The notes under the pieces: generated by a model | Told to the model about the DNA's origin: nothing | The model's database searches: none | The model's input: the letters and a program-made list of their open reading frames with translations, nothing else | Made by a program: the position numbers and the translations under genes | In this document: positions 19,887 through 29,272 of the stretch, piece after piece | Layout: each line of letters opens with the position of its first letter | How positions within the stretch are numbered: position 1 is the stretch's first letter | Source of the DNA: a virus | Lineage: Duplodnaviria; Caudoviricetes | Virus record (IMG/VR): IMGVR_UViG_3300028048_003164 | Span: 1-64,000 of that record | Reading direction: 5' to 3' (one strand) | Length of the DNA: 64,000 nucleotides

Positions 19887-21970
19887 TAGACCAAGAGACC
19901 ATACGGAGGTGGTGGCAGGTGTTCAAGGAGGATGGTGACCACCTGACCGAGATACGCATCCTTGACGGGAAACGCAACTGGAGCGGATACTTTACGGACG
20001 TGGAGCGTATAATAAGCGCCATTTTGCCATTTGACAGCAGCCCGCACGCACAGATATACTTCACGCTCAACCGTATTAACGAGGCCTGCTACGGAAGGGC
20101 GCAGAAAGACAAGATGATTCTCGTGACGAGAGAGCCGACGACTGGTGACGTGGACATCGTGGAAAGGACGCACGTCCTGGTAGACCTCGACCCGAAGCGC
20201 CCGGCTGGGGTGAGCGCAAGCAACGAGGAGCTCGAGCACGCCCACCGCAAGGCGGTCGAGGTATTCCGCTTTCTCCTCGAACAGGGGTTCAACGAGCCGA
20301 TAATCTGCAGGAGCGGCAACGGATACCATGTGGTGATACCGTGCAGGATGGCGGTCAACGAGGAGACCACGGCAGTGGTGAAGAAGTTCCTTCAGGTGCT
20401 TGCACTCCTTTTCTCCGACAATCATGTGGATATTGATGAGAAGGTCTTCAATGCATCCCGCATCTGCAAGCTCTACGGCGTGACGGCAAGGAAGGGCGAG
20501 AACACTCCCGACCGTCCGTGGCGGCAGTCTGAGATAGTCCGTGTGCCAGATGAGATAAGGCTGACGGACATTGCGTATTTCAGGAAGGTCGCCGCCATGT
20601 ATCCCGAGGACGAGCCGAGGCAGGAGCGGCGGGGCGGAAACAATGCGGGACGCTTCGACCTCGAGGAGTTCCTCAACAGGCATGGCATAGGTTACCGGAC
20701 GGAGAGGGTGTCGGGAGGAACGAAATACATTCTCGACCACTGCCCTTTCAATGACCAGCACAAGCACAAGGATGCCTGCATCTTCCAACGGGACAACGGT
20801 GCGATAGGCTTTATCTGCCTGCACAACACCTGCTCGGGGAAGACGTGGCGTGACGTGCGGCTGCTCTTCGAGCCCGACGCATACGACTGGGAGGACAGAA
20901 CCCATGGGGAGTACCGCAGGCAGCCCCAAAGGCATGAGGAGACGGCGGAGCAGAGACCGCAGCCTATCGTGCAGACGGAGGAGAAGGGTAAGGTGTGGCT
21001 GAAGATGTCCGAGATACGCCGACAGCCGTTCTCCAAGGGAGACTTCATCGACTCGGGAATAACGGTGATTGACCGCCGAGGACTTGGCTTCAAGCGTGGC
21101 ATGGTGTCGGTATGGACGGGCAAGAGGGGTTGCGGGAAATCGAGCCTGCTGAACATGCTCATCCTCAACGCTGCGCAGAAAGGTTTCAAGAGTGCCCTGT
21201 GGACGGGTGAGCTGACGGGTGACATGGTGAAGCAGTGGCTCTACTTGCAGGCGGCGGGGAAACGGTATAACCACAGGTTTTCAGGAACGGACTATTTCGT
21301 AACGGATGATGCGGTGGCTGGGAAGATCGACAAGTGGATAGACCGTTATCTCTGGCTCTTCAACAACAGATACGGGGATAACTTCACGCAGATAGAGGAA
21401 CAGATACGCAATCTCGTCCGGGAGGAGAACATCGACACGGTACTCCTTGACAACCTCATGGTGCTCGACATCCGTATGCTCGAGGAAAACAAGTATGACA
21501 GGCAGGCTGTCCTGCTGCAGAGACTCGAAGACCTTGCGAAGGAACTGAACATCCATATCCACCTCGTCGCCCATCCGCACAAGTCCATCGGCTACATCCG
21601 CATCGACAACATCAGCGGTTCGGGAGATATAGGGAACAAGGCGGACAATATCTTCATCATGTCCCGTGTGAACAATGATTTCAGGACGAGCGCCCCCGAT
21701 TTCCTCGACAAGTTTGAATATGAGGACGTGATAGCAAGTGGTTGCACGAACGTCATAGAGATCGCCAAGTTCCGTGCCAAGGGAACGCTGATGGGCTCTC
21801 TCGTGAAGCTGTGGTTCGAGGAGGAGAGCAACAGGCTGAAGAACGACATGGCGGAGAGCATTATCTATAACTGGAACGAGGATGCCCTCTCCGTGGAAGG
21901 CACTCTCGGGTACGATGATGAGGACGGCATGCCGTTCGCATCCACGAGCTATGATGATGCGCCTTTCTAA
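19883..21970 (+). CDS. Primase-helicase (AEP-like, Zn-binding, DnaB/RecA-like)
   Basis: VDLD, SGNGYH, CPF..H...CLHNTC, GKRGCGKS, LVAHPHK, ISGSGD. Confidence 0.85.
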   Translation: MIDQETIRRWWQVFKEDGDHLTEIRILDGKRNWSGYFTDVERIISAILPFDSSPHAQIYFTLNRINEACYGRAQKDKMILVTREPTTGDVDIVERTHVLVDLDPKRPAGVSASNEELEHAHRKAVEVFRFLLEQGFNEPIICRSGNGYHVVIPCRMAVNEETTAVVKKFLQVLALLFSDNHVDIDEKVFNASRICKLYGVTARKGENTPDRPWRQSEIVRVPDEIRLTDIAYFRKVAAMYPEDEPRQERRGGNNAGRFDLEEFLNRHGIGYRTERVSGGTKYILDHCPFNDQHKHKDACIFQRDNGAIGFICLHNTCSGKTWRDVRLLFEPDAYDWEDRTHGEYRRQPQRHEETAEQRPQPIVQTEEKGKVWLKMSEIRRQPFSKGDFIDSGITVIDRRGLGFKRGMVSVWTGKRGCGKSSLLNMLILNAAQKGFKSALWTGELTGDMVKQWLYLQAAGKRYNHRFSGTDYFVTDDAVAGKIDKWIDRYLWLFNNRYGDNFTQIEEQIRNLVREENIDTVLLDNLMVLDIRMLEENKYDRQAVLLQRLEDLAKELNIHIHLVAHPHKSIGYIRIDNISGSGDIGNKADNIFIMSRVNNDFRTSAPDFLDKFEYEDVIASGCTNVIEIAKFRAKGTLMGSLVKLWFEEESNRLKNDMAESIIYNWNEDALSVEGTLGYDDEDGMPFASTSYDDAPF

Positions 21971-22123
21971 GGTTCTCAGATAATGAAAGATAAACTTTGC
22001 GTCTTTTCTGCTAAAGAATGATAAGATATTTTGAGTATAAATACTTTTTTCGTACCTTTGTATCGCAAGATTGCAAGAAAACCCTTAGAACCGCGCCTCC
22101 AGGTTCATAGAGGCAAAAGAAAT

Positions 22124-22402
22124 ATGAAGTGGTTTTTTTATATAGCCGAGAGCCGCCAGCCCGACTTGCTTACCACCACGCTTATCAAGCGTTTTGAAAG
22201 CTACGGTGGTGCAGAGGGCTACTGCAAGAAGGCAGTCGATAAGTGGCGCAAGGAGGGTCTATTGGCAAATCTGCTCTATGAAGTGGCCGAGGATGTAAAG
22301 GTGGTCGGTGCTCATGCATTAGACGAAAAATTTAAGTTAAAGCATGTATACCGTATCTTTGCGACTCCATGCTTTATAAGCGTCGGGGATAATGAAGAAT
22401 AG
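22124..22402 (+). CDS. Hypothetical protein
   Basis: Follows promoter element 22053-22060 and AACCCTTAGA leader. Confidence 0.6.
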   Translation: MKWFFYIAESRQPDLLTTTLIKRFESYGGAEGYCKKAVDKWRKEGLLANLLYEVAEDVKVVGAHALDEKFKLKHVYRIFATPCFISVGDNEE

Positions 22403-22512
22403 CGAAAATAAAGCCTTTCTGCTGCCCGAAAAGGCGGTGGTCGGGCAGATGTTCAACCTGGCGGCAGATAAGGCGACACGAGCCAAAGAAACCGCCAAAA
22501 ACCGAAAGCATT

Positions 22513-22809
22513 ATGGTTTTGGATAGTAATGATTACCTTGTGATGTCTGGTCACGTGGACGTGGGACGGCATTCCATGGAGTATGAGAAGGACGGGGAGA
22601 TACTCAGCCTCGAGTATGAGTTCGTGGAGGACGGTCATGTAGAGGATGACTACTTCTGCGGAGGATATATGGAAGGGACGGGAGCGTATGTCCGAGACTA
22701 TGCCAGTCTTACGATAATGGACTTCTGCGCCTTCGACGAAGAGGGCTGTGAGGTATCCGTGAATTTCAGCGAAGATGCGATGAGAAAATTCACAGAGCAA
22801 TTAATTTAG
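22513..22809 (+). CDS. Acidic hypothetical protein
   Basis: Strongly D/E-rich ORF. Confidence 0.55.
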   Translation: MVLDSNDYLVMSGHVDVGRHSMEYEKDGEILSLEYEFVEDGHVEDDYFCGGYMEGTGAYVRDYASLTIMDFCAFDEEGCEVSVNFSEDAMRKFTEQLI

Positions 22810-22884
22810 AAAATATTTGGTTACTAAATACAAATTTATTAATTTTGCAACGTGCGGATAGCACAAAATAAAAAAACGAAGGAT

Positions 22885-23433
22885 ATGAGTAAGTACACAA
22901 GCATGACTGATGAGCAGTATTTCGCTGCGATGGATGAGTTCTGTGAGAGGTTTCAGGCTCCTCAACCGGAGCCTGTCAGGTGCATGAACCTGATAATGCG
23001 GCGCGAGTTCGCCGAGGCTATCGTAAAGGGTGAGAAAAAGGTTGAGATACGTGCTTTTAGCGAGCACTACTTTGACCGCCTGACGGACAAGAAGGTAGAC
23101 AAGTGGATGACGGAGTTCCGTGAAAAGCACGGTGATGATGAAGAGGTGATGGAGGCTTTCGAGGAGTTTATGTGCGCCACCCGCCCCGTTGAGAAGATTC
23201 ATTTCCACAACTACAACAACTCGTGGTTCTTGGACGTGAGCGTGACGGAGAATGCGCTCATTGGCATCACCGACCAGAACGTGGCGGATATGCAGCAGCG
23301 CTTCGATTTCCATGAATTCGATGAGCTGGTGGCGAGTTTCCAGGCGAAGAATGACCCCAACCGACCGCTGTTCTATTACTTCGTCATCGGTGAGGTGCTT
23401 GATACCGACCTTAAGCCCGACGGGGGCAAATGA
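22885..23433 (+). CDS. ASCH/PUA-like domain protein
   Basis: [22 protein letters not shown] motif. Confidence 0.75.
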   Translation: MSKYTSMTDEQYFAAMDEFCERFQAPQPEPVRCMNLIMRREFAEAIVKGEKKVEIRAFSEHYFDRLTDKKVDKWMTEFREKHGDDEEVMEAFEEFMCATRPVEKIHFHNYNNSWFLDVSVTENALIGITDQNVADMQQRFDFHEFDELVASFQAKNDPNRPLFYYFVIGEVLDTDLKPDGGK

Positions 23434-23572
23434 GCGAAAGGGCAACGGGGTGATTCAGCGCAGGAGTGATAGCCCCGCCCTTTAAAAAGGCGCAATGGTG
23501 TATATTTGCGGTAAAGTCGAGTAATCCCGTAAGCACGACCACCTCATTTGTGGTAAGAAAAGAGCGCAATCA

Positions 23573-23657
23573 GGAGAGTTGGCTGAGTGGTCGAAAGCAG
23601 CACATTGCTAACGTGTCAGTCAGAAATGGCTCGGAGGTTCGAATCCTTCACTCTCCG
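23573..23657 (+). tRNA. tRNA-Ser(GCT)
   Basis: GGAGAGT/ACTCTCC acceptor, TTGCTAA loop, long variable arm, GGTTCGAATCC. Confidence 0.9.
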
Positions 23658-23749
23658 CAAAAAGGCATAACGGAAGCCGCACGGATTAATCCGCCGTACT
23701 TCGCACACAGGGCAGCGGCACATGGGATAGCGGAGGATGCCTTTCATAT

Positions 23750-23821
23750 CGCGGAATGGAGCAGTAGTAGCTCGCCTGGCTCATAACCAGGAGGTCGATG
23801 GTGCGAACCCATCTTCCGCAA
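23750..23821 (+). tRNA. tRNA-Met(CAT), initiator-like
   Basis: C1:A72 mismatch, CTCATAA loop, atypical T-loop TGCGAAC. Confidence 0.85.
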
Positions 23822-23828
23822 CGAAAAT

Positions 23829-23902
23829 GGTTGTGTAGCTCAGAAGGTCAGAGCAATTGGCTGTTAACCAATAGGCCGCTGGTTCGAATCCAGCCACATC
23901 CG
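23829..23902 (+). tRNA. tRNA-Asn(GTT)
   Basis: ATTGG-CTGTTAA-CCAAT anticodon arm, GGTTCGAATCC. Confidence 0.9.
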
Positions 23903-23946
23903 CAGAAATTTAATATATGAGTTTTGAATGTTAATCTGTTACGATT

Positions 23947-24120
23947 ATGGCAGAGACAGTAAAAGGTACAAGACCGAATGGCGTGTATAGCGTGAATCAG
24001 AACACCGGACGCCTTCAGTACAGAGGCCAGTATGGTGGTGAGGGAGGACGTGCCATCCGCAATACCATCCGTACCGTGGGTGCTCGTCAGACTGCACGCG
24101 CTCGTCGTGCTGGTCTTTAG
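23947..24120 (+). CDS. 57-aa Arg/Gly-rich protein (absent from ORF track)
   Basis: Manual translation MAETVKGTRPNGVYSVNQNTGRLQYRGQYGGEGGRAIRNTIRTVGARQTARARRAGL; followed by hairpin and T-run. Confidence 0.7.
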   Translation: MAETVKGTRPNGVYSVNQNTGRLQYRGQYGGEGGRAIRNTIRTVGARQTARARRAGL

Positions 24121-24195
24121 TATGGATAGGGGAGGAAGATTTTTTTCCCCTTTTCCTTTTTTTATTCATGTATTAAATTAAAAAAAAACAGTTTT

Positions 24196-24600
24196 ATGTC
24201 AGAGGTTACAATAGCCCGCGAAAGTGGTGTTAATACTCTTAATGCGGTCAGTTTGTCTGCAAGGCGGCAGGCAAATCCGTTCCGCAGTATCACCACCCGC
24301 CCCATCAGTGCGGCCTACAGGGCTGAGTTGGAGGAGCAGGGTGTGAATATGCGTATCTATGAGTCTTTGCGCCGTGACGAGCGCGACAGGCGGATTGACG
24401 ATGCTTACGAGACGGAGGTGCGCAACCTTCGCAATGCGCTGCGTGAGAAATATCCGCTTGGTAACTATGCGAACACTGCCTTCACCACCGACCGTGACCT
24501 GCTTGCGCAGGCAAAGGCAGAGAGAGCAGCGTATAACAGGGAATTGAATCAAGGCGTGAGGCGGCTCAAGCGTCTCGCTGCTGCGGCAAAGAAAAAGTAA
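24196..24600 (+). CDS. ARE-leader protein 1
   Basis: N-terminus MSEVTIARESGVNTLN. Confidence 0.8.
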   Translation: MSEVTIARESGVNTLNAVSLSARRQANPFRSITTRPISAAYRAELEEQGVNMRIYESLRRDERDRRIDDAYETEVRNLRNALREKYPLGNYANTAFTTDRDLLAQAKAERAAYNRELNQGVRRLKRLAAAAKKK

Positions 24601-24631
24601 GTAACAACAAATAACAAAAAAGGATAAAAAA

Positions 24632-25207
24632 ATGGCAAGTGAAGTATTTTCGGCACGGGAAAGCGGAGTAAGCAGCCTTAACGGAGAGAAGGTCGGAGGA
24701 CGTACTGTTCCTCGGCTGTACTCAACGGAGAGGAACGAGAACTACCCACAATCATTGAAGTTAGGTATCTCTACACGCGAGTCGACAGCCGAGGTAGACA
24801 AGACCATTCTCGAGTCGACGATGGGTCAGCTTTCCGACGGAATATGGGAGAACTCCCGTCAGATGGAGAAGTACTGGAGCGGTGCAACGTTCTCGCAGGA
24901 CGAAAAGGGAAACGTCGAGCTCCGTTACAAGAGGGTTAGCTTCGAGCGGATTCCCAAATGGAGAAGGGGTCATATCGAATATGACACGAAGATAAAGTAT
25001 TCGGGTTATGATGGTATGTCGGAACGGAATGCTCGTGATTTTGTTGCAGACAAGATAAAGGCTGTGTTCAATACCGAGAAGAAGGATAGACCGTCAATCG
25101 GTAAGTGGAGCGAGGACAACCGAACCGTAATGGATTACTTGGGGCACGGTGCGAAGCCCGTGACCGTATCGGATGCATACAATTTGTACAAGAGATTGAA
25201 ATCGTAA
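24632..25207 (+). CDS. ARE-leader protein 2
   Basis: MASEVFSARESGVSSLN; body contains GQLSDGIWENS. Confidence 0.8.
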   Translation: MASEVFSARESGVSSLNGEKVGGRTVPRLYSTERNENYPQSLKLGISTRESTAEVDKTILESTMGQLSDGIWENSRQMEKYWSGATFSQDEKGNVELRYKRVSFERIPKWRRGHIEYDTKIKYSGYDGMSERNARDFVADKIKAVFNTEKKDRPSIGKWSEDNRTVMDYLGHGAKPVTVSDAYNLYKRLKS

Positions 25208-25232
25208 AAGAAAGGAAATGAAAGAGTAAAAG

Positions 25233-25745
25233 ATGAGTGAAGCGCAAGTCATACATAACTCTACAAAAAATGCCTCAAATGTTGTTCGTTCAGCAGCACG
25301 GAGGGTGTTTGGAACGGCAGAGCAGAAGATCCGTAAGGTCTTTAATGATTTGCGCCGCAAAGGGCACTCTTCCGTCCAACCGTTTTCTGTAGGACATGTA
25401 GAAAGGAGAATGCGAGAATTTGCTGCTGCAAACAGCATAGAGTTGGCAGAAGGAGATATGTATATGAGCGTGAAAGGAATAACTCATGCCAGAAGAGGTA
25501 CAAAAATAAGGAGTGGAAAGGCAGTGTCAGAGAAAGCAATTGCAAGGTTTCCCAAAAACCGAAATACGATGGATTTGTATTACGACGGTAAGGTGTTTGT
25601 TTACACAAATTACAAGAATAAATTTATCGTTCATCCGAATTATGAATTGAAAATGGAGGGTGGAAAGGTAAGAAAGGTAAACTTTGTAACAGCGAGCAAG
25701 GCTGGTCGTGATGAGTTCAATTTGCATAAGTATAGGAAAATATAA
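25233..25745 (+). CDS. Putative PBECR/BECR-fold RNase-like protein
   Basis: DMYMSVKGITHARR helix with His, then beta-rich C-terminus ending FVTA; family call by eye. Confidence 0.5.
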   Translation: MSEAQVIHNSTKNASNVVRSAARRVFGTAEQKIRKVFNDLRRKGHSSVQPFSVGHVERRMREFAAANSIELAEGDMYMSVKGITHARRGTKIRSGKAVSEKAIARFPKNRNTMDLYYDGKVFVYTNYKNKFIVHPNYELKMEGGKVRKVNFVTASKAGRDEFNLHKYRKI

Positions 25746-25840
25746 AAAGATGGAAACGAGCGACAGATTTGAACTGCTACACGTCCCTTTCGGGAGCCGC
25801 CTTTACCATACATCGCGGGTCTACTCGTTTACATCTTTTG
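25744..25840 (-). ncRNA. Candidate tRNA-like small RNA
   Basis: TATATTTG at 25846-25853 (-); 16-bp closing stem, GAAA tetraloop hairpin, T-arm-like GCAG-TTCAAAT-CTGT, U-run. Confidence 0.6.
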
Positions 25841-25917
25841 CAATGCAAATATAATAACAATAAACGAAAAAGACAAATAAAAGGCAATAAAATTTAGAAT
25901 ATTTAGCAAAAAAAAGT

Positions 25918-26634
25918 ATGTTAGACAAAGCAATAGCAATAACGGATGAGATAGCGAAGCGCACGGACGAGGTGATACTATTCCACTCGGCATCGGGCAA
26001 GGACAGCATCGCATTGCTCGACATCTGTGCCCCAAGGTTCAAGCGTGTGGTGTGCGTGTTTATGTACGTGGTAAAGAACATGGAGCACATCAACCGCTAC
26101 ATTAACTACGCCCGTAAGAAGTACCCCAACTGTGAGTTCGTGCAGATTCCGCACTTTGCCGTGTTCTCGTACATCAAGTACGGCTACATGGGGCATTGGA
26201 AAGACCAGAAGACGAAGTTGCAGACGATGGCTACACTTACGGACATGGTTCGCAAGAAGATGGGCATACAGTGGGCACTCTACGGATTCAAGCAGAGCGA
26301 TTCCCTCAACCGCCGGTGTATGCTTCGTACGTATGAAATGGAGGCTATCTGCGAGAAATCGAAGAAAGCCTATCCTCTCTCACACTATAAGAACAAGGAT
26401 ATACTGGAGTATATCGACCGTAGGGGGCTGATTCGTCCCGAGTGCTACGGAAAGGGACAGTCGAGTGGTCAGAATATCACCGATCTCGACTATCTGCTTT
26501 ATATCCGTGATAAATTCCCGCAGGACTTGCACAAGCTCTATGAAGAGTTCCCTGATTGTGAGCGTCTTTTGTTTGAGTATGATTACGAAGAGAAAAAGAA
26601 AAAGGAAGAATCGGAGAAGAATGAATCCGATTAG
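25918..26634 (+). CDS. PAPS-reductase-like PP-loop protein
   Basis: HSASGKDSIALL, GFKQSDSLNRR, YPLSHY. Confidence 0.85.
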   Translation: MLDKAIAITDEIAKRTDEVILFHSASGKDSIALLDICAPRFKRVVCVFMYVVKNMEHINRYINYARKKYPNCEFVQIPHFAVFSYIKYGYMGHWKDQKTKLQTMATLTDMVRKKMGIQWALYGFKQSDSLNRRCMLRTYEMEAICEKSKKAYPLSHYKNKDILEYIDRRGLIRPECYGKGQSSGQNITDLDYLLYIRDKFPQDLHKLYEEFPDCERLLFEYDYEEKKKKEESEKNESD

Positions 26635-26715
26635 TTCCTTTGCTATCTTTAGCATGTAAATTTTTGACTATCAACGAAATTTGATTATATTTGCAACAAA
26701 AAGAAAGGATAAGAT

Positions 26716-26991
26716 ATGGCAGCAGAAACAACTATAGCAAGAGAGAGCCGGGTAAATCCAGTCAATGGAATAAGCAGTAGAACAAGGGCGTACATGCCTA
26801 TTTTTGGTCAGGCACGTAATTGGGACGAGACGAGCAGGCTTGTTCAAGCCGTAGGAGATAGAGGACAGGCCCTAAAGCAGCGATTGCGTCGTACTTACCC
26901 TATAGATGGTGACAACGATGAGTACAATCGTAGAATTGCAAGAATAAACAGGGCTACAAATAGCATGAACCGTCGACTGCTTGGCTATTAA
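26716..26991 (+). CDS. ARE-leader protein 3 (Arg-rich)
   Basis: MAAETTIARESRVNPVN; TATATTTG at 26686-26693. Confidence 0.8.
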   Translation: MAAETTIARESRVNPVNGISSRTRAYMPIFGQARNWDETSRLVQAVGDRGQALKQRLRRTYPIDGDNDEYNRRIARINRATNSMNRRLLGY

Positions 26992-27019
26992 ATTGCAACG
27001 GAACATAAAAATATAAGTT

Positions 27020-27739
27020 ATGGCAAAGAAGAAGGTTAAGGCACTTGAAACGTCAGAGACGAGGGTGGTGAAGCGTTCAATCATTGCTTTCCACTCCAAA
27101 AACCCGAAGCGTCATACAGAGGATCGTATCAAGCAGCAGGCGAAGAACCTCAAGAAGGTAGGCTATCTCGGTGGCATCGTATGGAACGAGACCACGGGCA
27201 ATATCATAGACGGACACCGCCGTATCAAGGCAATGGACTTGTACTACGGCTATGACGGCACGCCCGAGACGGACTATGACGTGAAGGTGGAGGTCGTTCA
27301 CATGGACGAGGCGGCGGAAAAGCAGCAGCTTGCGTACATGGCGGCAGGCGACACCAAGGCAGACCTTGACCTTCTTGCAGAGTTTGCCAATGACATTGAC
27401 CTCGGGGAAATCGGTCTTGACCAAAGCGAGATAGACGACATACTGAACATCGCCAACGGCTCCAACGAGGAAACGGTGGATATTCTAGAAGACCTTGTCA
27501 CCCCGAAGAAGAAAGTTCCCGAAAAGGGCACTGCCGAGTACGAGGAGGCAAAGGCAAGGGTGAAGGCGGGAAAGGCTAAGACTAAGGAGATGGAGAAGGA
27601 CTACCGCAACGACGAGGCGGCACACGTCACTCTCTCGTTCTCCAACTATGATAACTTCGTGGCGTTCTGCGACCTCATGGGTGTTGCGCCCGATGTGAAG
27701 TTTGTTAAAGGAGAGGAACTATTACAAATGTTTGAGTAG
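27020..27739 (+). CDS. ParB/Srx-like protein
   Basis: NPK...GYLGGIVWNETTGNIIDGHRRI. Confidence 0.85.
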   Translation: MAKKKVKALETSETRVVKRSIIAFHSKNPKRHTEDRIKQQAKNLKKVGYLGGIVWNETTGNIIDGHRRIKAMDLYYGYDGTPETDYDVKVEVVHMDEAAEKQQLAYMAAGDTKADLDLLAEFANDIDLGEIGLDQSEIDDILNIANGSNEETVDILEDLVTPKKKVPEKGTAEYEEAKARVKAGKAKTKEMEKDYRNDEAAHVTLSFSNYDNFVAFCDLMGVAPDVKFVKGEELLQMFE

Positions 27740-27740
27740 T

Positions 27741-28043
27741 ATGGCAAGAGAAGTAATCGCAGCGAGGGAAGGTTCTGTGTCGGGGATAAATAACTCCTTG
27801 AAGAGCGGAAGGTCTTTGAGACGGCAGTATCAGGGTATTATAGCGGACGTGACGGACGGGTATTCTTACGAAGGTTATGACGTAAACAATAGAAAGACCG
27901 TAGTTCGTTCCACACCGAACAGTTCTACAGGTTTCTATAGGGTGGAGACTAAGGGCTATGGTGTAGCGGAATTTTTCGACCCCGACTCTACGGCGCAATT
28001 CTTACAAGGAATCGGGTATAAAAAATACAAAATGAAGGGTTAA
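27741..28043 (+). CDS. ARE-leader protein 4
   Basis: MAREVIAAREGSVSGIN (start re-called at 27741). Confidence 0.8.
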   Translation: MAREVIAAREGSVSGINNSLKSGRSLRRQYQGIIADVTDGYSYEGYDVNNRKTVVRSTPNSSTGFYRVETKGYGVAEFFDPDSTAQFLQGIGYKKYKMKG

Positions 28044-28056
28044 AAAAAGAAAGGAT

Positions 28057-28395
28057 ATGGCAGCAGAAATAACTATAGCACGTGAAAGTAGGGCGAATCC
28101 AATAAACGGTAGTGGACGGGCGCAAAGACGTATTCCAATACCGCGCGATGTGAACAGCGTCCCAAACAAGGAGTGGCGTTCAATTACACGGACGTTGGAG
28201 AAATCCAATGCTGACTCTCGTGATGCTGCACGTCACCTCGAGGAAGAGTCAATGACAGACCGCGAGCTCGGGAACTTTTATGCGGTGGCAAATCATTTCT
28301 CCACGAGGTACAGCATTAGCGCATCGGCACGGGAAAATAGCAGAAAGTGGGCAAACCTCGCTCTTAATGAAATGAGATATAGAAGAAGGAGGTAA
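28057..28395 (+). CDS. ARE-leader protein 5
   Basis: MAAEITIARESRANPIN. Confidence 0.8.
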   Translation: MAAEITIARESRANPINGSGRAQRRIPIPRDVNSVPNKEWRSITRTLEKSNADSRDAARHLEEESMTDRELGNFYAVANHFSTRYSISASARENSRKWANLALNEMRYRRRR

Positions 28396-28399
28396 CATT

Positions 28400-28606
28400 A
28401 TGGCAACAGAAGTAACATCGGCACGGGAGCGTAAAACGAATCCGTTAAATGCGCTAAAAAGGAGTGGTGCTAAACAATATTACGGAAATGGTGCTAAGTT
28501 GTATTACTATAGGCGTATTACTTCTCGTATAACCGAAGTTTACGATTCTAATGGGAAATACTTAGGTGATGTGAAGAATTTCGAAGAGCTTAAAGAAACG
28601 CTATAA
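28400..28606 (+). CDS. ARE-leader protein 6
   Basis: MATEVTSARERKTNPLN. Confidence 0.75.
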   Translation: MATEVTSARERKTNPLNALKRSGAKQYYGNGAKLYYYRRITSRITEVYDSNGKYLGDVKNFEELKETL

Positions 28607-28608
28607 GA

Positions 28609-29268
28609 ATGGCAACTGAAGTAGTGTCTGCACGTGAATTTTCCACAACACGTAACACGTCCAATGCGGTACGTGGTGAGGCAAGGACAGTAGGAGGGGT
28701 AACGGAGAACGGCTACTCCGCAGCCTTGAAGCGTTCCATCCTCTCCTACGAGCAAAAGCAGCGTCAGGAGTGGAACGAGGCGATGGCCTACTATGACAGC
28801 GAAGGCAATCAGTTGAACCGCCGACAAGGCAAGAAGCACGATGCAGTCTCAGTCTACGACAAGGACATTCCGAAGGACGCAAACGGCAACCGAAGGGACG
28901 ATATCATCTTCACGCACAATCACCCAGACGCCATCGGCAAGACGGGCTACGGAAGCATAGGAAACTCTTTCACTCCTGACGATATGATTATTGCCGTGAA
29001 GTACAACGCCAAGGAAATGCGGGCTGTCACACCGAGCTACACCTTCTCCTTCAAGCGTCCGAAGGGTGGATGGGGGGTGAAGCAGGCGGCTGTGCGACGG
29101 GCATTCAAGAATGCGCAAGAACAGGTCTTATCGGAAGGGCAGTACTACTATGAGAGAGCGCGGATGACCGACGTGGCAAACGAGAGATACATGGCTACCT
29201 TTTGGCATAAGGTGAACAAACTTGTTGCAAAGGAACTTGGTTGGAACTATTCAAAGAAGAAAGGGTAA
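28609..29268 (+). CDS. ARE-leader protein 7 with JAB/MPN-like domain
   Basis: MATEVVSAREFS; E...THNHP...SFTPDD metal-binding pattern. Confidence 0.75.
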   Translation: MATEVVSAREFSTTRNTSNAVRGEARTVGGVTENGYSAALKRSILSYEQKQRQEWNEAMAYYDSEGNQLNRRQGKKHDAVSVYDKDIPKDANGNRRDDIIFTHNHPDAIGKTGYGSIGNSFTPDDMIIAVKYNAKEMRAVTPSYTFSFKRPKGGWGVKQAAVRRAFKNAQEQVLSEGQYYYERARMTDVANERYMATFWHKVNKLVAKELGWNYSKKKG

Positions 29269-29272
29269 GAAT

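Noticed and set aside
19820-21274. 484-aa minus-strand ORF
   Set aside because: Antisense shadow of the GC-rich primase-helicase; no motifs or promoter
23466-23786. 106-aa ORF
   Set aside because: Overlaps tRNA-Ser and tRNA-Met
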